64,000 nt of DNA from a virus. Position numbers and translations under genes: made by a program. Positions 1 through 8,943 of this stretch are shown in pieces (positions within the stretch are counted from its first letter, which is position 1; each line of letters begins with the position of its first letter). The notes below the pieces were generated by a model that did not search any database, was not told the DNA's origin, and saw only the letters and a program-made list of their open reading frames with translations. The DNA lies in IMG/VR virus record IMGVR_UViG_3300031873_000004, positions 15,432 to 79,431 of that record. One strand, written 5' to 3'.

Positions 1-203
1 TCGGCGTAACCTTCACTGACAAAGGTTCGGATGTCTCCGAAGATTGGCGCGGCATCCAGAATACCGTCGACGATTCTTTGCTTGATAATTTCTTGACAGA
101 ACGGTTCGTATTCGACATAGCCTACAGTCTCCCATCCGAGTGATTTACCGCCGAGAACACCACCTCCGGCTCCGGTGAATAATGACAGCTCTTTCAATCC
201 CAT
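1..203 (-). CDS. C5 cytosine DNA methyltransferase, N-terminal part (runs off window)
   Basis: Manual translation MGLKELSLFTGAGGGVLGGKSLGWETVGYVE...IFGDIR matches motifs I-III; RBS AGGAG upstream. Confidence 0.8.
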   Translation of the reverse strand, partial: MGLKELSLFTGAGGGVLGGKSLGWETVGYVEYEPFCQEIIKQRIVDGILDAAPIFGDIRTFVSEGYA

Positions 204-312
204 TCAAAACTCCTATTTCCGCGATTTAAGCCCTTTAAATTAGCCAAGCTATACCAAGGGTAGGGTTTGGCTTTAAATCGCGTTAAAAGCCGGTTTCCTG
301 CGCGTAGGGTGG

Positions 313-963
313 CTATTTAGGCTGGTCAGTACCCGATATGCGCCTATCCGAACCCGTAATCTTGAAAATATCGCACATTTCGGCGATTCGGGACGGTATT
401 CGATCTCCATATTTCCCGGCCAGTGCGTTGAGTGTCAGGTTGCTCGTGATGATTGTTGGTTGGAGGCGGGCATTACGGTATCTCCAGTCGATAATGTGGT
501 CGAGGGTTTGCACTGCCCATTCACTCGGTTTGCTTGTGCCGAGATCATCAAGAACAAGAGTGATAGCCCAGCATAATTGGTTTACGATATCGGCCTCACC
601 AGCAGAACCATTGTTGCTGTATGACGCTCGCAGTGAATATAAAACGTCATCAACTTTTTTGAAAAGGTACTTGCTGGTAATTCGATAAATAGCCTCATCC
701 ACAGTTTCGTTTTCTTGCAGGTGAGTTATTTTATGCGTCATTCGAGCGTGAATAATCGCAGCGGTCATGTAACTTTTACCAGTGCCGATGTCGCCGTGCA
801 AATAAATACCACGCCCGGCGTTGAGTGATTTCAAGATGCCTTCCCATAAAATTTGATCAGTGGTTTCTCCACGAGCATGAGTCATGTTGTCCGGGACACC
901 TATTGCAATGAGCATTTGTTTCGTGTGGTTGGTTACGTATTTCAAAAAGTCATCTTGACTCAT
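313..963 (-). CDS. DnaC/IstB-like helicase loader ATPase
   Basis: Walker A GDIGTGKS, LVLDDLG, TIITSN, GDRIPSR, G.DRR; directly follows initiator. Confidence 0.9.
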   Translation of the reverse strand: MSQDDFLKYVTNHTKQMLIAIGVPDNMTHARGETTDQILWEGILKSLNAGRGIYLHGDIGTGKSYMTAAIIHARMTHKITHLQENETVDEAIYRITSKYLFKKVDDVLYSLRASYSNNGSAGEADIVNQLCWAITLVLDDLGTSKPSEWAVQTLDHIIDWRYRNARLQPTIITSNLTLNALAGKYGDRIPSRIAEMCDIFKITGSDRRISGTDQPK

Positions 964-1801
964 GGTGAAACTCCTTTACGTTGTCATATTTGTTCGGGTT
1001 GGTTGATATGCTCGCGTCACCTTTCGCTGATACCTGTTCATACTTTCCAGGGGTAGCAGGTACTCCGTAAAATTCACCAGCACCTTTTCTTACGCGCGGT
1101 TGACGGGTGGGTGCATCTCGTCGCATTTGAGATTCCAGAATGTCAAACTTAATTCTTAACTTTTCAGTTGATAAAATATTCGAATGCCAGAAGTCGCTTG
1201 TTTGACACCAATCAATAACAGCCGCTATGCGATCTCTTGAACGTTTATCTATGCGAAGCATTCGGTCTATGACTTTAGCCCATTGCTGAATGTTAGGTAA
1301 TTTGAAGTCTTGTTTCTGAGCAATGATGCGATTGAGTAATCTTTGAGATAGTTCTATTTCCACACCAGCCTCAGAAAAGGTTTTGGTTTTCTGAGGAGAT
1401 GTTTTAGGTTCTTCTTTACTATTATTCTTAGCTATAGTATATGGTAGCTGTTTTCGGCTAGGCAGGGTAGCTATTTTCAGCGAGTCAGGGTAGCTATTTT
1501 CAGCTAGTCTGCCTAGTCGTAGAGATCGCCACCTACCATCGAAATTTACCTGTTGTATAATTTCAGCAGCTTTCAATTCAGATATCAAATGACTGACTCG
1601 TCCCACGCTCAGGCCCATGAACTTTGCAAGATATGCATTGCTGGCATAGCATCCGCGTTCGGGATCTTGAAGTGATCTTATCTCGGCGGCGAGAACCTTT
1701 CCCATAGTTGATAATGTTGGGTGAGTCCATATTTCAATGGGGATAGTTATATGAGTTACTTGGCGTTTTGGTTGTTCGGGATTTATGTCATTTCTGGGCA
1801 T
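950..1801 (-). CDS. Phage replication initiator (N-terminal HTH, lambda O-like C-terminus)
   Basis: CYASNAYLAKFMGLS HTH; FWHSNILSTEKLR; internal iterons. Confidence 0.85.
   Translation of the reverse strand: MPRNDINPEQPKRQVTHITIPIEIWTHPTLSTMGKVLAAEIRSLQDPERGCYASNAYLAKFMGLSVGRVSHLISELKAAEIIQQVNFDGRWRSLRLGRLAENSYPDSLKIATLPSRKQLPYTIAKNNSKEEPKTSPQKTKTFSEAGVEIELSQRLLNRIIAQKQDFKLPNIQQWAKVIDRMLRIDKRSRDRIAAVIDWCQTSDFWHSNILSTEKLRIKFDILESQMRRDAPTRQPRVRKGAGEFYGVPATPGKYEQVSAKGDASISTNPNKYDNVKEFHHESR
1443..1508. repeat. Three 23-bp-period iterons, probable replication origin
   Basis: GGTAGCT(A/G)TTTTC(A/G)GC at 1443, 1466, 1489 inside the initiator gene, next to an AT-rich stretch. Confidence 0.75.
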
Positions 1802-1812
1802 GTTTAGACTCC

Positions 1813-1921
1813 TTCAAAAACACAAGGGGCGCATCATGGATGTTCGTGGACGCGGTTTTGGAGCCGCGCTGCAAACCCTTACGGGAATCGCCATCCGTGA
1901 TACGCCTCTTGAATTGTTGAA
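1813..1921 (-). ncRNA. Putative structured 5' leader RNA of initiator gene
   Basis: 20-bp stem 1823-1842/1892-1911 enclosing a CCC-GUAA-GGG GNRA hairpin and a GCGCGG/CCGCGU hairpin. Confidence 0.55.
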
Positions 1922-2025
1922 AGTGAGTTTGTTCATAAGGCCGCGAACCTTAATCTGAAAAGTATATTACCATACCACGAAGCATAAATCAAGCCACTTA
2001 TATTCTTAATACAGGCACATCAATA

Positions 2026-2055
2026 TATTATACCCGCGCCACGCTATTTTGTGAT
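2026..2055 (-). promoter_or_regulatory. Non-consensus promoter class ATnACwAAAnnnCG-N8-G-TATAATA, copy 1
   Basis: ATCACAAAATAGCGTGGCGCGGGTATAATA; ungapped match to three other copies. Confidence 0.55.
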
Positions 2056-2943
2056 GCCTATATCTCGCATAAGCGCATCAGCCTCGGCCTGCGCCATCGA
2101 CCCGGGATCGCCGCTATCCAATTCCACCACATGAGTCTCGCCAGGAAACGCGCTCAGGATGCACGATAACCTATCAGCCGCCACCGCCGCGTTCGGATCT
2201 TCGTCAGCGCTATCGAGTATGATGAACCTGCGCTTGTACGGGCGCAGGAGTTGAACTTGCTCGTTAATATAAGCCGTTCCAAAAGTCCACACAGCCCCAA
2301 CACCTAATCGCCACGCATCACTCGCACCCTCAACAATCACCACCGTATCGCCTGTAACCAAATGCGCACCGCCGAGGCAATACTTATGATCGCGCACCTC
2401 ATGAGCCTTGTCACACGTCTTCCAGCGGAGGTCGCTCTTGCCAGTTACATCACGGCCTTGAAAACTTACCACTTGCCCGTCATGATAAATCGGATAGGTG
2501 ATGCGAAACTTGTACGGGCCGAGCGGCCCTGTTCCGGTCAATCCCCATGTTCGAGCGAGCTTGTCAGGATCGTACCCGCGTCCGATGAGGTATTCCTTAT
2601 GGATGCGTTCGAGCGGCCCGCCGGGGACGGTGCAGGTTTCGGCGTGCTGGACAGGTGCTATGTCCTCGGCTTCGTGCGATGGGCGGAGCTTGTAGCGCAG
2701 CATGAGTACGTAGGCTTCGTGTTCGGGGATGCCGAGGAGTGCGGATACCGTTTCATCAGTCTGGTGCCCGCGACATTTCCAGCAGCTCCAGTATTGATCG
2801 GCTATATTCCATCCGAGCTTATCCTTCGTGGAGTCACCGCAGAAGGGACAGGCTACGTTCACCCAGCCCCGCGCCACGTGCATTCCCTTTGTGGCTATCT
2901 TGATGCCGTGGTCGCGGAGCAGGGAGGTCATATCGATTAACAT
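2044..2943 (-). CDS. DNA primase-like protein (Zn finger + TOPRIM)
   Basis: CPFC...CWKC; VVSFQGR; IVEGASD; DPG. Confidence 0.8.
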   Translation of the reverse strand: MLIDMTSLLRDHGIKIATKGMHVARGWVNVACPFCGDSTKDKLGWNIADQYWSCWKCRGHQTDETVSALLGIPEHEAYVLMLRYKLRPSHEAEDIAPVQHAETCTVPGGPLERIHKEYLIGRGYDPDKLARTWGLTGTGPLGPYKFRITYPIYHDGQVVSFQGRDVTGKSDLRWKTCDKAHEVRDHKYCLGGAHLVTGDTVVIVEGASDAWRLGVGAVWTFGTAYINEQVQLLRPYKRRFIILDSADEDPNAAVAADRLSCILSAFPGETHVVELDSGDPGSMAQAEADALMRDIGITK

Positions 2944-2947
2944 ATTT

Positions 2948-2977
2948 TATTATACCCGTCCACCGAACTTTTGTAAT
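2948..2977 (-). promoter_or_regulatory. Non-consensus promoter class, copy 2
   Basis: ATTACAAAAGTTCGGTGGACGGGTATAATA, 4 nt before the primase ATG. Confidence 0.55.
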
Positions 2978-4578
2978 ATCTCACCGAGCATCGAAGTCTC
3001 GTCATCCGGCGCTCCATCGAGCACCGCCGCCAGCACCTTCGCCTTGCGCACGAGCATGGACGCTATATCCTCTTCAATCGTTCCCGCTGCCAGCAGGTAA
3101 TAGATATTCACACTCTCAGCCGCCTGACCGATGCGGTGGATCCTGTCCTCGGCTTGGGAGCATAACGCAGGTGTCCATGGGGCTTCAAGCATGACCAAAC
3201 TATCCGCAGCCGTCAGCGTGATACCGACACCAGCCGCCTGTATGTTGCCGAGGAAGAGTTTGATAGCTGGATTGTTCTGAAACGAGTCAACCACCGCCTG
3301 CCGATCGCCAGCCGAAGTGCTACCATCGAGCCGTACAGATACACTTGGAAACGCCTGCTCAAGCGCGTTCAGCACTGCTTTATGTGTTGCCATGACCACC
3401 AGCTTCTTCCCGCTTTCGAGGAAGTCCGCAATCCATTCTATCGCTGCTGGAAGCTTGCTGAGTGCGGCCACCTGTTTCAGTCCTTCGATGCGGCTGAGCG
3501 TCTCGGCTCGGCTTGCTCGCTTGGCTTTCTCAATCTCACCCTCGCTGCGCAACCATGCGATGAAGTCTGCTTCAGCAGCTTTGTAGCGGGCGGGATCGTC
3601 GAGCGCCATCGGCACGTAGGAATACTGCTTCGGCGGTAGGTCTTTCATCACATCAGCCTTGAGTCGTCTAATCATGACTGTTCGGTGAAGCAGCTCGGAT
3701 AATTCGGGAATATTTGACGCGCCTGTGAAATCCCATCCGAACCGAGTATGCTTTGCGCCACAAAACTTCTGAGCGAAGTGCCAGAATGAAGGGAACACTC
3801 CGGGAGCCACGATATTTACCGTGTTAAACAGCTCTACGGGGCGATTTAAGATGGGTGTGCCGGTCAGGGCTATAACGTGCTGCACTGGCTTACAAAGTGC
3901 CTGTACGGCCTTCGTGCGCTGCGTGGAGCGGCTTTTTATGGCATGAGCCTCATCCAGTATTACAGCCTTGATAATCTTCGGCAGGTCATCCCGGCGCTTG
4001 GCGAGGATGTCATAGTTGATTATGATAATGCTGCCGGGGATCTTGCGCCCGGTCGTCCCCTCCACCACGGTTATGTCTTCATCCTCGTGTAGCCACCGCT
4101 CGGCCTCCCGCTTCCAGTTGAGCTTGAGCGAGGCTGGGCAGACGATTACTGCCGGACGTGCTTGCGGATTGAGGTCGAGCCATGCGAGCGCTTGTACAGT
4201 TTTACCCAATCCTTGCTCATCACCAAGCAGCGCTCGGCCTTGCATGGACATGAGTCGCTCGACACCCTCGCGCTGGAATGGGTAAAGCTCCCCGCGCAAT
4301 TGCACACCGCTCAAGTCCACGGTCGGCACAGGCGCTACGCGGGCGAGGATGAAGCGCGACACCTCGGCATCCATTGTGAATCCCCAGTCACGGAGTTTCT
4401 CAACGTTCGGCACACTGAGGTCAGCAGTCCATCGTTTATCGGTTGAGTGCCAGCGCCGGTCGCTGAGGGACTTGACCTTGTTGAGCACGCCGGGATCGTA
4501 TGGGAATTTTATACTCAGACGGGTTTTGGCTGCGGTGAGTTCTACCCGCCCGGTCGCGTGAGTCGCTTTGTCGGGCAT
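2950..4578 (-). CDS. SNF2-family (HARP/SMARCAL1-like) helicase
   Basis: DEQGLGKT, DEAH, LTGTP, GVGITL, QAEDRIHRIGQ. Confidence 0.92.
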   Translation of the reverse strand: MPDKATHATGRVELTAAKTRLSIKFPYDPGVLNKVKSLSDRRWHSTDKRWTADLSVPNVEKLRDWGFTMDAEVSRFILARVAPVPTVDLSGVQLRGELYPFQREGVERLMSMQGRALLGDEQGLGKTVQALAWLDLNPQARPAVIVCPASLKLNWKREAERWLHEDEDITVVEGTTGRKIPGSIIIINYDILAKRRDDLPKIIKAVILDEAHAIKSRSTQRTKAVQALCKPVQHVIALTGTPILNRPVELFNTVNIVAPGVFPSFWHFAQKFCGAKHTRFGWDFTGASNIPELSELLHRTVMIRRLKADVMKDLPPKQYSYVPMALDDPARYKAAEADFIAWLRSEGEIEKAKRASRAETLSRIEGLKQVAALSKLPAAIEWIADFLESGKKLVVMATHKAVLNALEQAFPSVSVRLDGSTSAGDRQAVVDSFQNNPAIKLFLGNIQAAGVGITLTAADSLVMLEAPWTPALCSQAEDRIHRIGQAAESVNIYYLLAAGTIEEDIASMLVRKAKVLAAVLDGAPDDETSMLGEILQKFGGRV

Positions 4579-4589
4579 TCGGAGTCTCC

Positions 4590-5051
4590 TTAATTATCGA
4601 ACCAGAATACAATTCGCTCCACGCCTACATCCTTCAGTTTTTGGATTTCCACAAAGAATTCGTCTCCGAGGAATTCACGGAAAGTCATTTCCTTTCCGTC
4701 TCCCTGTTCCGCTGTTGCTCCACAGTCCCATGAGTTAGGTCCGGTTTGCCGTGTCACCCGCCGGTCCTCCATCTTTGCATCGTAGTTGAACGACGCAAGT
4801 TCTTCGACGCTTAACCATGAGGGGCTGTGCGTATCCGAGCCCCTGTCCTCGTAATCCTTCGCAACTTTCACACTCACGTCCTCCGGCACTCCGCGCCTTT
4901 CGGTAATCGGCGGCACGGCTGAATAATTCCGCACGTTTGCCAGAAATCCGAACATGCCGTATGATCTCCAGTTGAACGGTTTCAGCCCCGGTATCTTTTC
5001 GTAATCTCCCGCTGTTTTCTGTTCTGCATGGCTGTGAATATCACACCCCAT
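4590..5051 (-). CDS. Phage hypothetical protein
   Basis: Strong RBS AAGGAGGT; MGCDIH...RIVFWFDN. Confidence 0.7.
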   Translation of the reverse strand: MGCDIHSHAEQKTAGDYEKIPGLKPFNWRSYGMFGFLANVRNYSAVPPITERRGVPEDVSVKVAKDYEDRGSDTHSPSWLSVEELASFNYDAKMEDRRVTRQTGPNSWDCGATAEQGDGKEMTFREFLGDEFFVEIQKLKDVGVERIVFWFDN

Positions 5052-5444
5052 ATCACTACCTCCTTAGTTGTTAGGCTGGTTCATCGCCTGACTGTATCGA
5101 GCCTTCGCTTCTGCGATTTCGGCACTGGTCAGCTTGACGGTCTTGATGTCATATTTCCACACCCGTTTATGCTGGCGCTCGGCCCGGTTGGTGGCTTTCA
5201 TCTTCGGTGTGTTGTTATCGTCTTCGCGTTCCATTCTAATCCTCCTGGGTGCTGATATAGGCGCATAATGCGGTTATTAAAATGAGCAGTATCATCACGC
5301 TGTCCGGTGGGCTGAAGAAGGCTTGCATTTATTTACCTCGACATTCCCGTTCAATAAACTTCATCAGACCGTTTGCAAATAATATCCCGCATAAAAATCC
5401 TACCAAAAACATACCACATATCCAACTCATTAATTCGGTTGTCA

Positions 5445-6308
5445 TTATAAGTCTCCTTTGTCACGGAATCCGAGGAAGACCGGGAAGCGAGGTGCTTCCA
5501 GCACTCCGACCGCCTGATATTTGAACTTCACAGTCATTCCGGGTAGCGTGTTTTTGTTTCTCCAAAGTTCAGCGCGGGTGGCAGCATCGAATCCTGTGCC
5601 GATGTTAAACTCGATCCCGTTGAAGCGTACCCGTAATGCACCGAGTGTGTTAAGCCCGGTCATGTTTGCCTTGTGGCTGCTGCGAGCTGTTCGGCCCAGC
5701 TCGTTCGTGGTGGCTTCGTTGCCATTGTGCATCTGCTCCTCGTAACCTATCACCTCGGCCTCGGCATCGGTGAATCGTTTGAGCTTGAGCAGTATACCCT
5801 CTTTCAGCGTTGAGCGGCCTTGCTTATATCTCCCGTCGAGGGAGCGCACCATCACCCCTTCGTACCCTTGGGCGAGGCAGGCGGTTTCGTATGCGAGGAG
5901 TTCAGATTCCTGTGTGCGGTATTCATGGGAGACGATCTTGAGCCAAGGTAAATCGAGCTGGTTTACTATCTGACCAAGTCTGCGTAGGCGATTATTGAAT
6001 GGACTTTCTGAGCCCGCAATATCAAACACATTGTAGGTGAAGTCCGGGGCTCCATCTCCCCCCATCACCGCGCTGGTCGAGGATTGGAATGTTGGGCCGC
6101 TGATAAGTTCGCCATCGAAATTGTAAGCGGCGAGGTGTACCGCCAGAAGATTGCGGATGTGGTGGTTTGGGATCGGCTTGAGGTTGCGGCTGACCGCCTT
6201 ACCGTCGATAATGAGGCAGCGGATGCCGTCGAGCTTGGGTGAGGCGAGCACTGGGTATTTGATGGTTGCGGTGTCTTCGATTGTTCCGGCGAGTAGTGGT
6301 TTAAACAT
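5445..6308 (-). CDS. ATP-dependent DNA ligase
   Basis: SPKLDGIR, FDGEL, EGVMVR, KLK, GTGF, PRFPVF. Confidence 0.93.
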   Translation of the reverse strand: MFKPLLAGTIEDTATIKYPVLASPKLDGIRCLIIDGKAVSRNLKPIPNHHIRNLLAVHLAAYNFDGELISGPTFQSSTSAVMGGDGAPDFTYNVFDIAGSESPFNNRLRRLGQIVNQLDLPWLKIVSHEYRTQESELLAYETACLAQGYEGVMVRSLDGRYKQGRSTLKEGILLKLKRFTDAEAEVIGYEEQMHNGNEATTNELGRTARSSHKANMTGLNTLGALRVRFNGIEFNIGTGFDAATRAELWRNKNTLPGMTVKFKYQAVGVLEAPRFPVFLGFRDKGDL

Positions 6309-6510
6309 TGTCAGCTCCTTTAGGATGACGTTCTGAGAAGGACTTCATCCAGTAAATGAGGATAGACGACGCTTCTTTGTGGTTAAGACTGAATTCTTCC
6401 TCAACGTATGATGAAGCCCCGAACATGTTAGTTACACCCGATTCACGAAGCTCGTCTAAATATATGAGGTGCTCATCTGTTACGTGTTCTGGTCTGATGG
6501 TGTTTCCCAT
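6301..6510 (-). CDS. Phage hypothetical protein
   Basis: LDELRESGVTNMFGA; RBS upstream. Confidence 0.65.
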   Translation of the reverse strand: MGNTIRPEHVTDEHLIYLDELRESGVTNMFGASSYVEEEFSLNHKEASSILIYWMKSFSERHPKGADNV

Positions 6511-6561
6511 TGTCAGCTCCCTTTCAGGTTATATGACCGACGGTCTTCGGGGCCGCCACCA

Positions 6562-6634
6562 TGTCGCTCTCGTTTTGTTACCCATAATATAGCCTATCGC
6601 GGGTATTAAGTCAATAAGAAAATGCAAATATATA
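6562..6634 (-). promoter_or_regulatory. Sigma70-type early promoter, duplicated copy 1
   Basis: TTGACT-17-TATATT; about 73 bp near-identical to 8135-8207. Confidence 0.75.
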
Positions 6635-6643
6635 AAGAATTAT

Positions 6644-7231
6644 TTACAGGCTCTTTTCAGCAGAAATCCTCGTTTTCCGGCGCTTAACCGGCACCCCCGC
6701 AATCTCCGTCCGCAGCTCCCGCATCGTTTCCCGTGTGTCAGCCCAGGTCAACCCCTGCACATTGCGAAGATGCTTGACCACCTTGCCCCGCGCCTTGGTA
6801 TGGCTCTCCGTGCCTTCGATACCGAGAACCTCCGGGTGGTTGGCGACGAGCCATGTTACCTTGTACGCAGCCTCGCTCAGCATGGCGACACTCTGTTTGA
6901 GGATCAGCACGTTTTCCATATCTGAATGACTGTGAGATACAACCGCTTCTGCCTCGGCTATATCTGCGTGAGTATGTGAGCGTTCATCGTTGCAATAGGT
7001 CTGCAAAGCGTTTGATATTGCCCGCCAGATAAATGTGCTTTCAGCACCCCGTTCGCTATCGTATTTCGGAGCAGCTTCGACCAGAGCGAGGCAGGCTTCG
7101 GCAAACAACTCTTCCTGTTCAATGCCGGATGATCGGGAGAACCCCCAAGCGATTTTGTGCAGGAGTTTATAGTTGCGCTCGTACATGGAGCCGATGTCAT
7201 TCGTTGAGTTAGTTTTCGAGGCTGTCAGCAT
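6644..7231 (-). CDS. Sigma70 region-2-like factor
   Basis: EELFAEACLALVEAAPKYDSERGAESTFIWRAISNAL. Confidence 0.8.
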   Translation of the reverse strand: MLTASKTNSTNDIGSMYERNYKLLHKIAWGFSRSSGIEQEELFAEACLALVEAAPKYDSERGAESTFIWRAISNALQTYCNDERSHTHADIAEAEAVVSHSHSDMENVLILKQSVAMLSEAAYKVTWLVANHPEVLGIEGTESHTKARGKVVKHLRNVQGLTWADTRETMRELRTEIAGVPVKRRKTRISAEKSL

Positions 7232-7368
7232 TTTGCATCTCCTTTTCGATTGGTCGGTTAATATTATTTACCAACTTCCTTCCACCTTCACAGTTGCACC
7301 ACGATTGCAGCAAGCGCCCAGTGATCACCGACCACGTAAACCCTGCACCACAAGTCGGGCAAACCGGG

Positions 7369-7599
7369 CTATCCCCGCGCACTGAAGTTCACCCCGTCGA
7401 GCGGTTCTCCGCATTGGCAGCCTGACCAAGTTTCAGGTATGCGTTCGGTTGCACAATCTCGGCAGATCGCTTGATGCTCGTTTATTTCGATGGGTGAATC
7501 GCCGAGGTAGTGGATGCTGCGTATTTCCTGTTCATGCTCGCCACACCAGTCGCAGGGTTTGTCGAATACTTGATTTCCTAAATCATATCCTTGTACCAT
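7369..7599 (-). CDS. Small Cys-rich hypothetical protein
   Basis: CDWC, CRDC, CQC; RBS AAGGAGGT. Confidence 0.55.
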   Translation of the reverse strand: MVQGYDLGNQVFDKPCDWCGEHEQEIRSIHYLGDSPIEINEHQAICRDCATERIPETWSGCQCGEPLDGVNFSARG

Positions 7600-7601
7600 G
7601 A

Positions 7602-8012
7602 TTACATACCTCCTTCACGATATGCAATGAGGGAGAGTATTGTATGCTTAAAAAATCTGTAGAATGCTTTTCCGTTCGAGTCGAGTTTTTCAGCTTGGGC
7701 TTCAGTGAGAGACTTCCATTCGGTGATTGTTTTAATATAACATCCGATGGAAATATGAGTTTCCATGATTGTAACTTGATATGGGAGTCCGATTATGTTG
7801 ATTGGAGATTTTAGTACCTGTGCATTCCCGGATACCCATGCATTCCCGTATACCTGTGCATTCCCGTATACCCATGCATTCCCGTATATTGAGAGATTTA
7901 TTTCATTTTCAATCCATCCACCAACTTCATCGGTTAAAACTCGTTTGATCTGTTTCAACGTGATACCAAATATAATCTTTGTCTTACCTGTGAATGTGTA
8001 TTTCGTATTCAT
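7602..8012 (-). CDS. Hexapeptide-repeat (NAxVYG) phage protein
   Basis: 18-bp tandem repeats encoding NAWVYG/NAQVYG. Confidence 0.75.
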   Translation of the reverse strand: MNTKYTFTGKTKIIFGITLKQIKRVLTDEVGGWIENEINLSIYGNAWVYGNAQVYGNAWVSGNAQVLKSPINIIGLPYQVTIMETHISIGCYIKTITEWKSLTEAQAEKLDSNGKAFYRFFKHTILSLIAYREGGM

Positions 8013-8134
8013 TTTAAAGTCTCCTTTAGAAGTTGGTGCCGAGGGCTCGTCACCCTCGGCTGTATAGGTTAGTTTGCAGCCGCACCCTTGAGCTGTGCCA
8101 TTTTGTCGGCCATCGCTTCATGGTCTGTGGCCTT

Positions 8135-8207
8135 TGTCGCTCTCGTTTTGTTATCCATAATATAGTCTATTGCCGATATTAAGTCAATAAGAAAATGCAA
8201 ATATATA
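8135..8207 (-). promoter_or_regulatory. Sigma70-type early promoter, duplicated copy 2
   Basis: TTGACT (8187-8182), 17 bp, TATATT (8164-8159); at the divergence point of the two arms. Confidence 0.75.
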
Positions 8208-8271
8208 TAATAATGAAAACAAAGGCTTATTGGCCCATTTGCAATATATAATGGCTTTTAGGATAAATATT

Positions 8272-8943
8272 ATGCCAAGAGGCGACTACAAAAAGCCGAA
8301 ATTACGCGTTAAAAAATCACCAGCATTGCAGCACGGGAAAAAGGTAGCGGGACGACCCACGTCATACGAACCTGACCGCCACCCGCACGACGCGTATGTA
8401 GCCTGCTCACGTCTGGGCGCAGAAAACAAAGACCTCGCAGCCTTGTTTGAGGTGAGCAGTGAGTTGATCGAGCTCTGGTTAAGGAACTACCCTCAATTCA
8501 AAGCAGCTGTTCGTGTCGGTCGTGACGAATGGGATAGTATCAACATTGAGAAATCTCTCAAGCGCCGCGCAATGGGGTATGAGTACGAGGAAGTCAAGAG
8601 GAGCGCAAAGAACGGTCTGGAAACTACCACTAAGCACATGGCACCCGACGTCGGAGCCTGCATATTCTGGCTCATCAATCGACAGAAGGATCGCTGGCAG
8701 CAGATGCGCAATGTAGTCGTAACGGGTAAGACGGAGACAGACTTCAATGTCACTACAAATCATAAAATCAGCATAGCCAATCTCGACAGGAGTCAGCTTG
8801 AGCAGTTGCGAGACATTATCACCATCGCCAAGAACGTCCCCGCCCTCCCCGCACCAGTCCCCGGCAATGGATCTGAGCATATTGCCGGAACTGGAAACGG
8901 TGGAAACGGAACTGGCGACCAGGTATCTAAAGCCGTTCACTGA
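8272..8943 (+). CDS. terS: Terminase small subunit
   Basis: GRPTSY, HTH, SLKRRAMGY, PDVGACIFWLINR; precedes TerL. Confidence 0.85.
   Translation: MPRGDYKKPKLRVKKSPALQHGKKVAGRPTSYEPDRHPHDAYVACSRLGAENKDLAALFEVSSELIELWLRNYPQFKAAVRVGRDEWDSINIEKSLKRRAMGYEYEEVKRSAKNGLETTTKHMAPDVGACIFWLINRQKDRWQQMRNVVVTGKTETDFNVTTNHKISIANLDRSQLEQLRDIITIAKNVPALPAPVPGNGSEHIAGTGNGGNGTGDQVSKAVH

Noticed and set aside
313-963. IS21 element suggested by the IstB-like ATPase
   Set aside because: No IstA transposase or terminal repeats; position after the initiator indicates a helicase loader
1813-1921. tRNA gene
   Set aside because: No T-loop TTCRA, anticodon-arm geometry or CCA end
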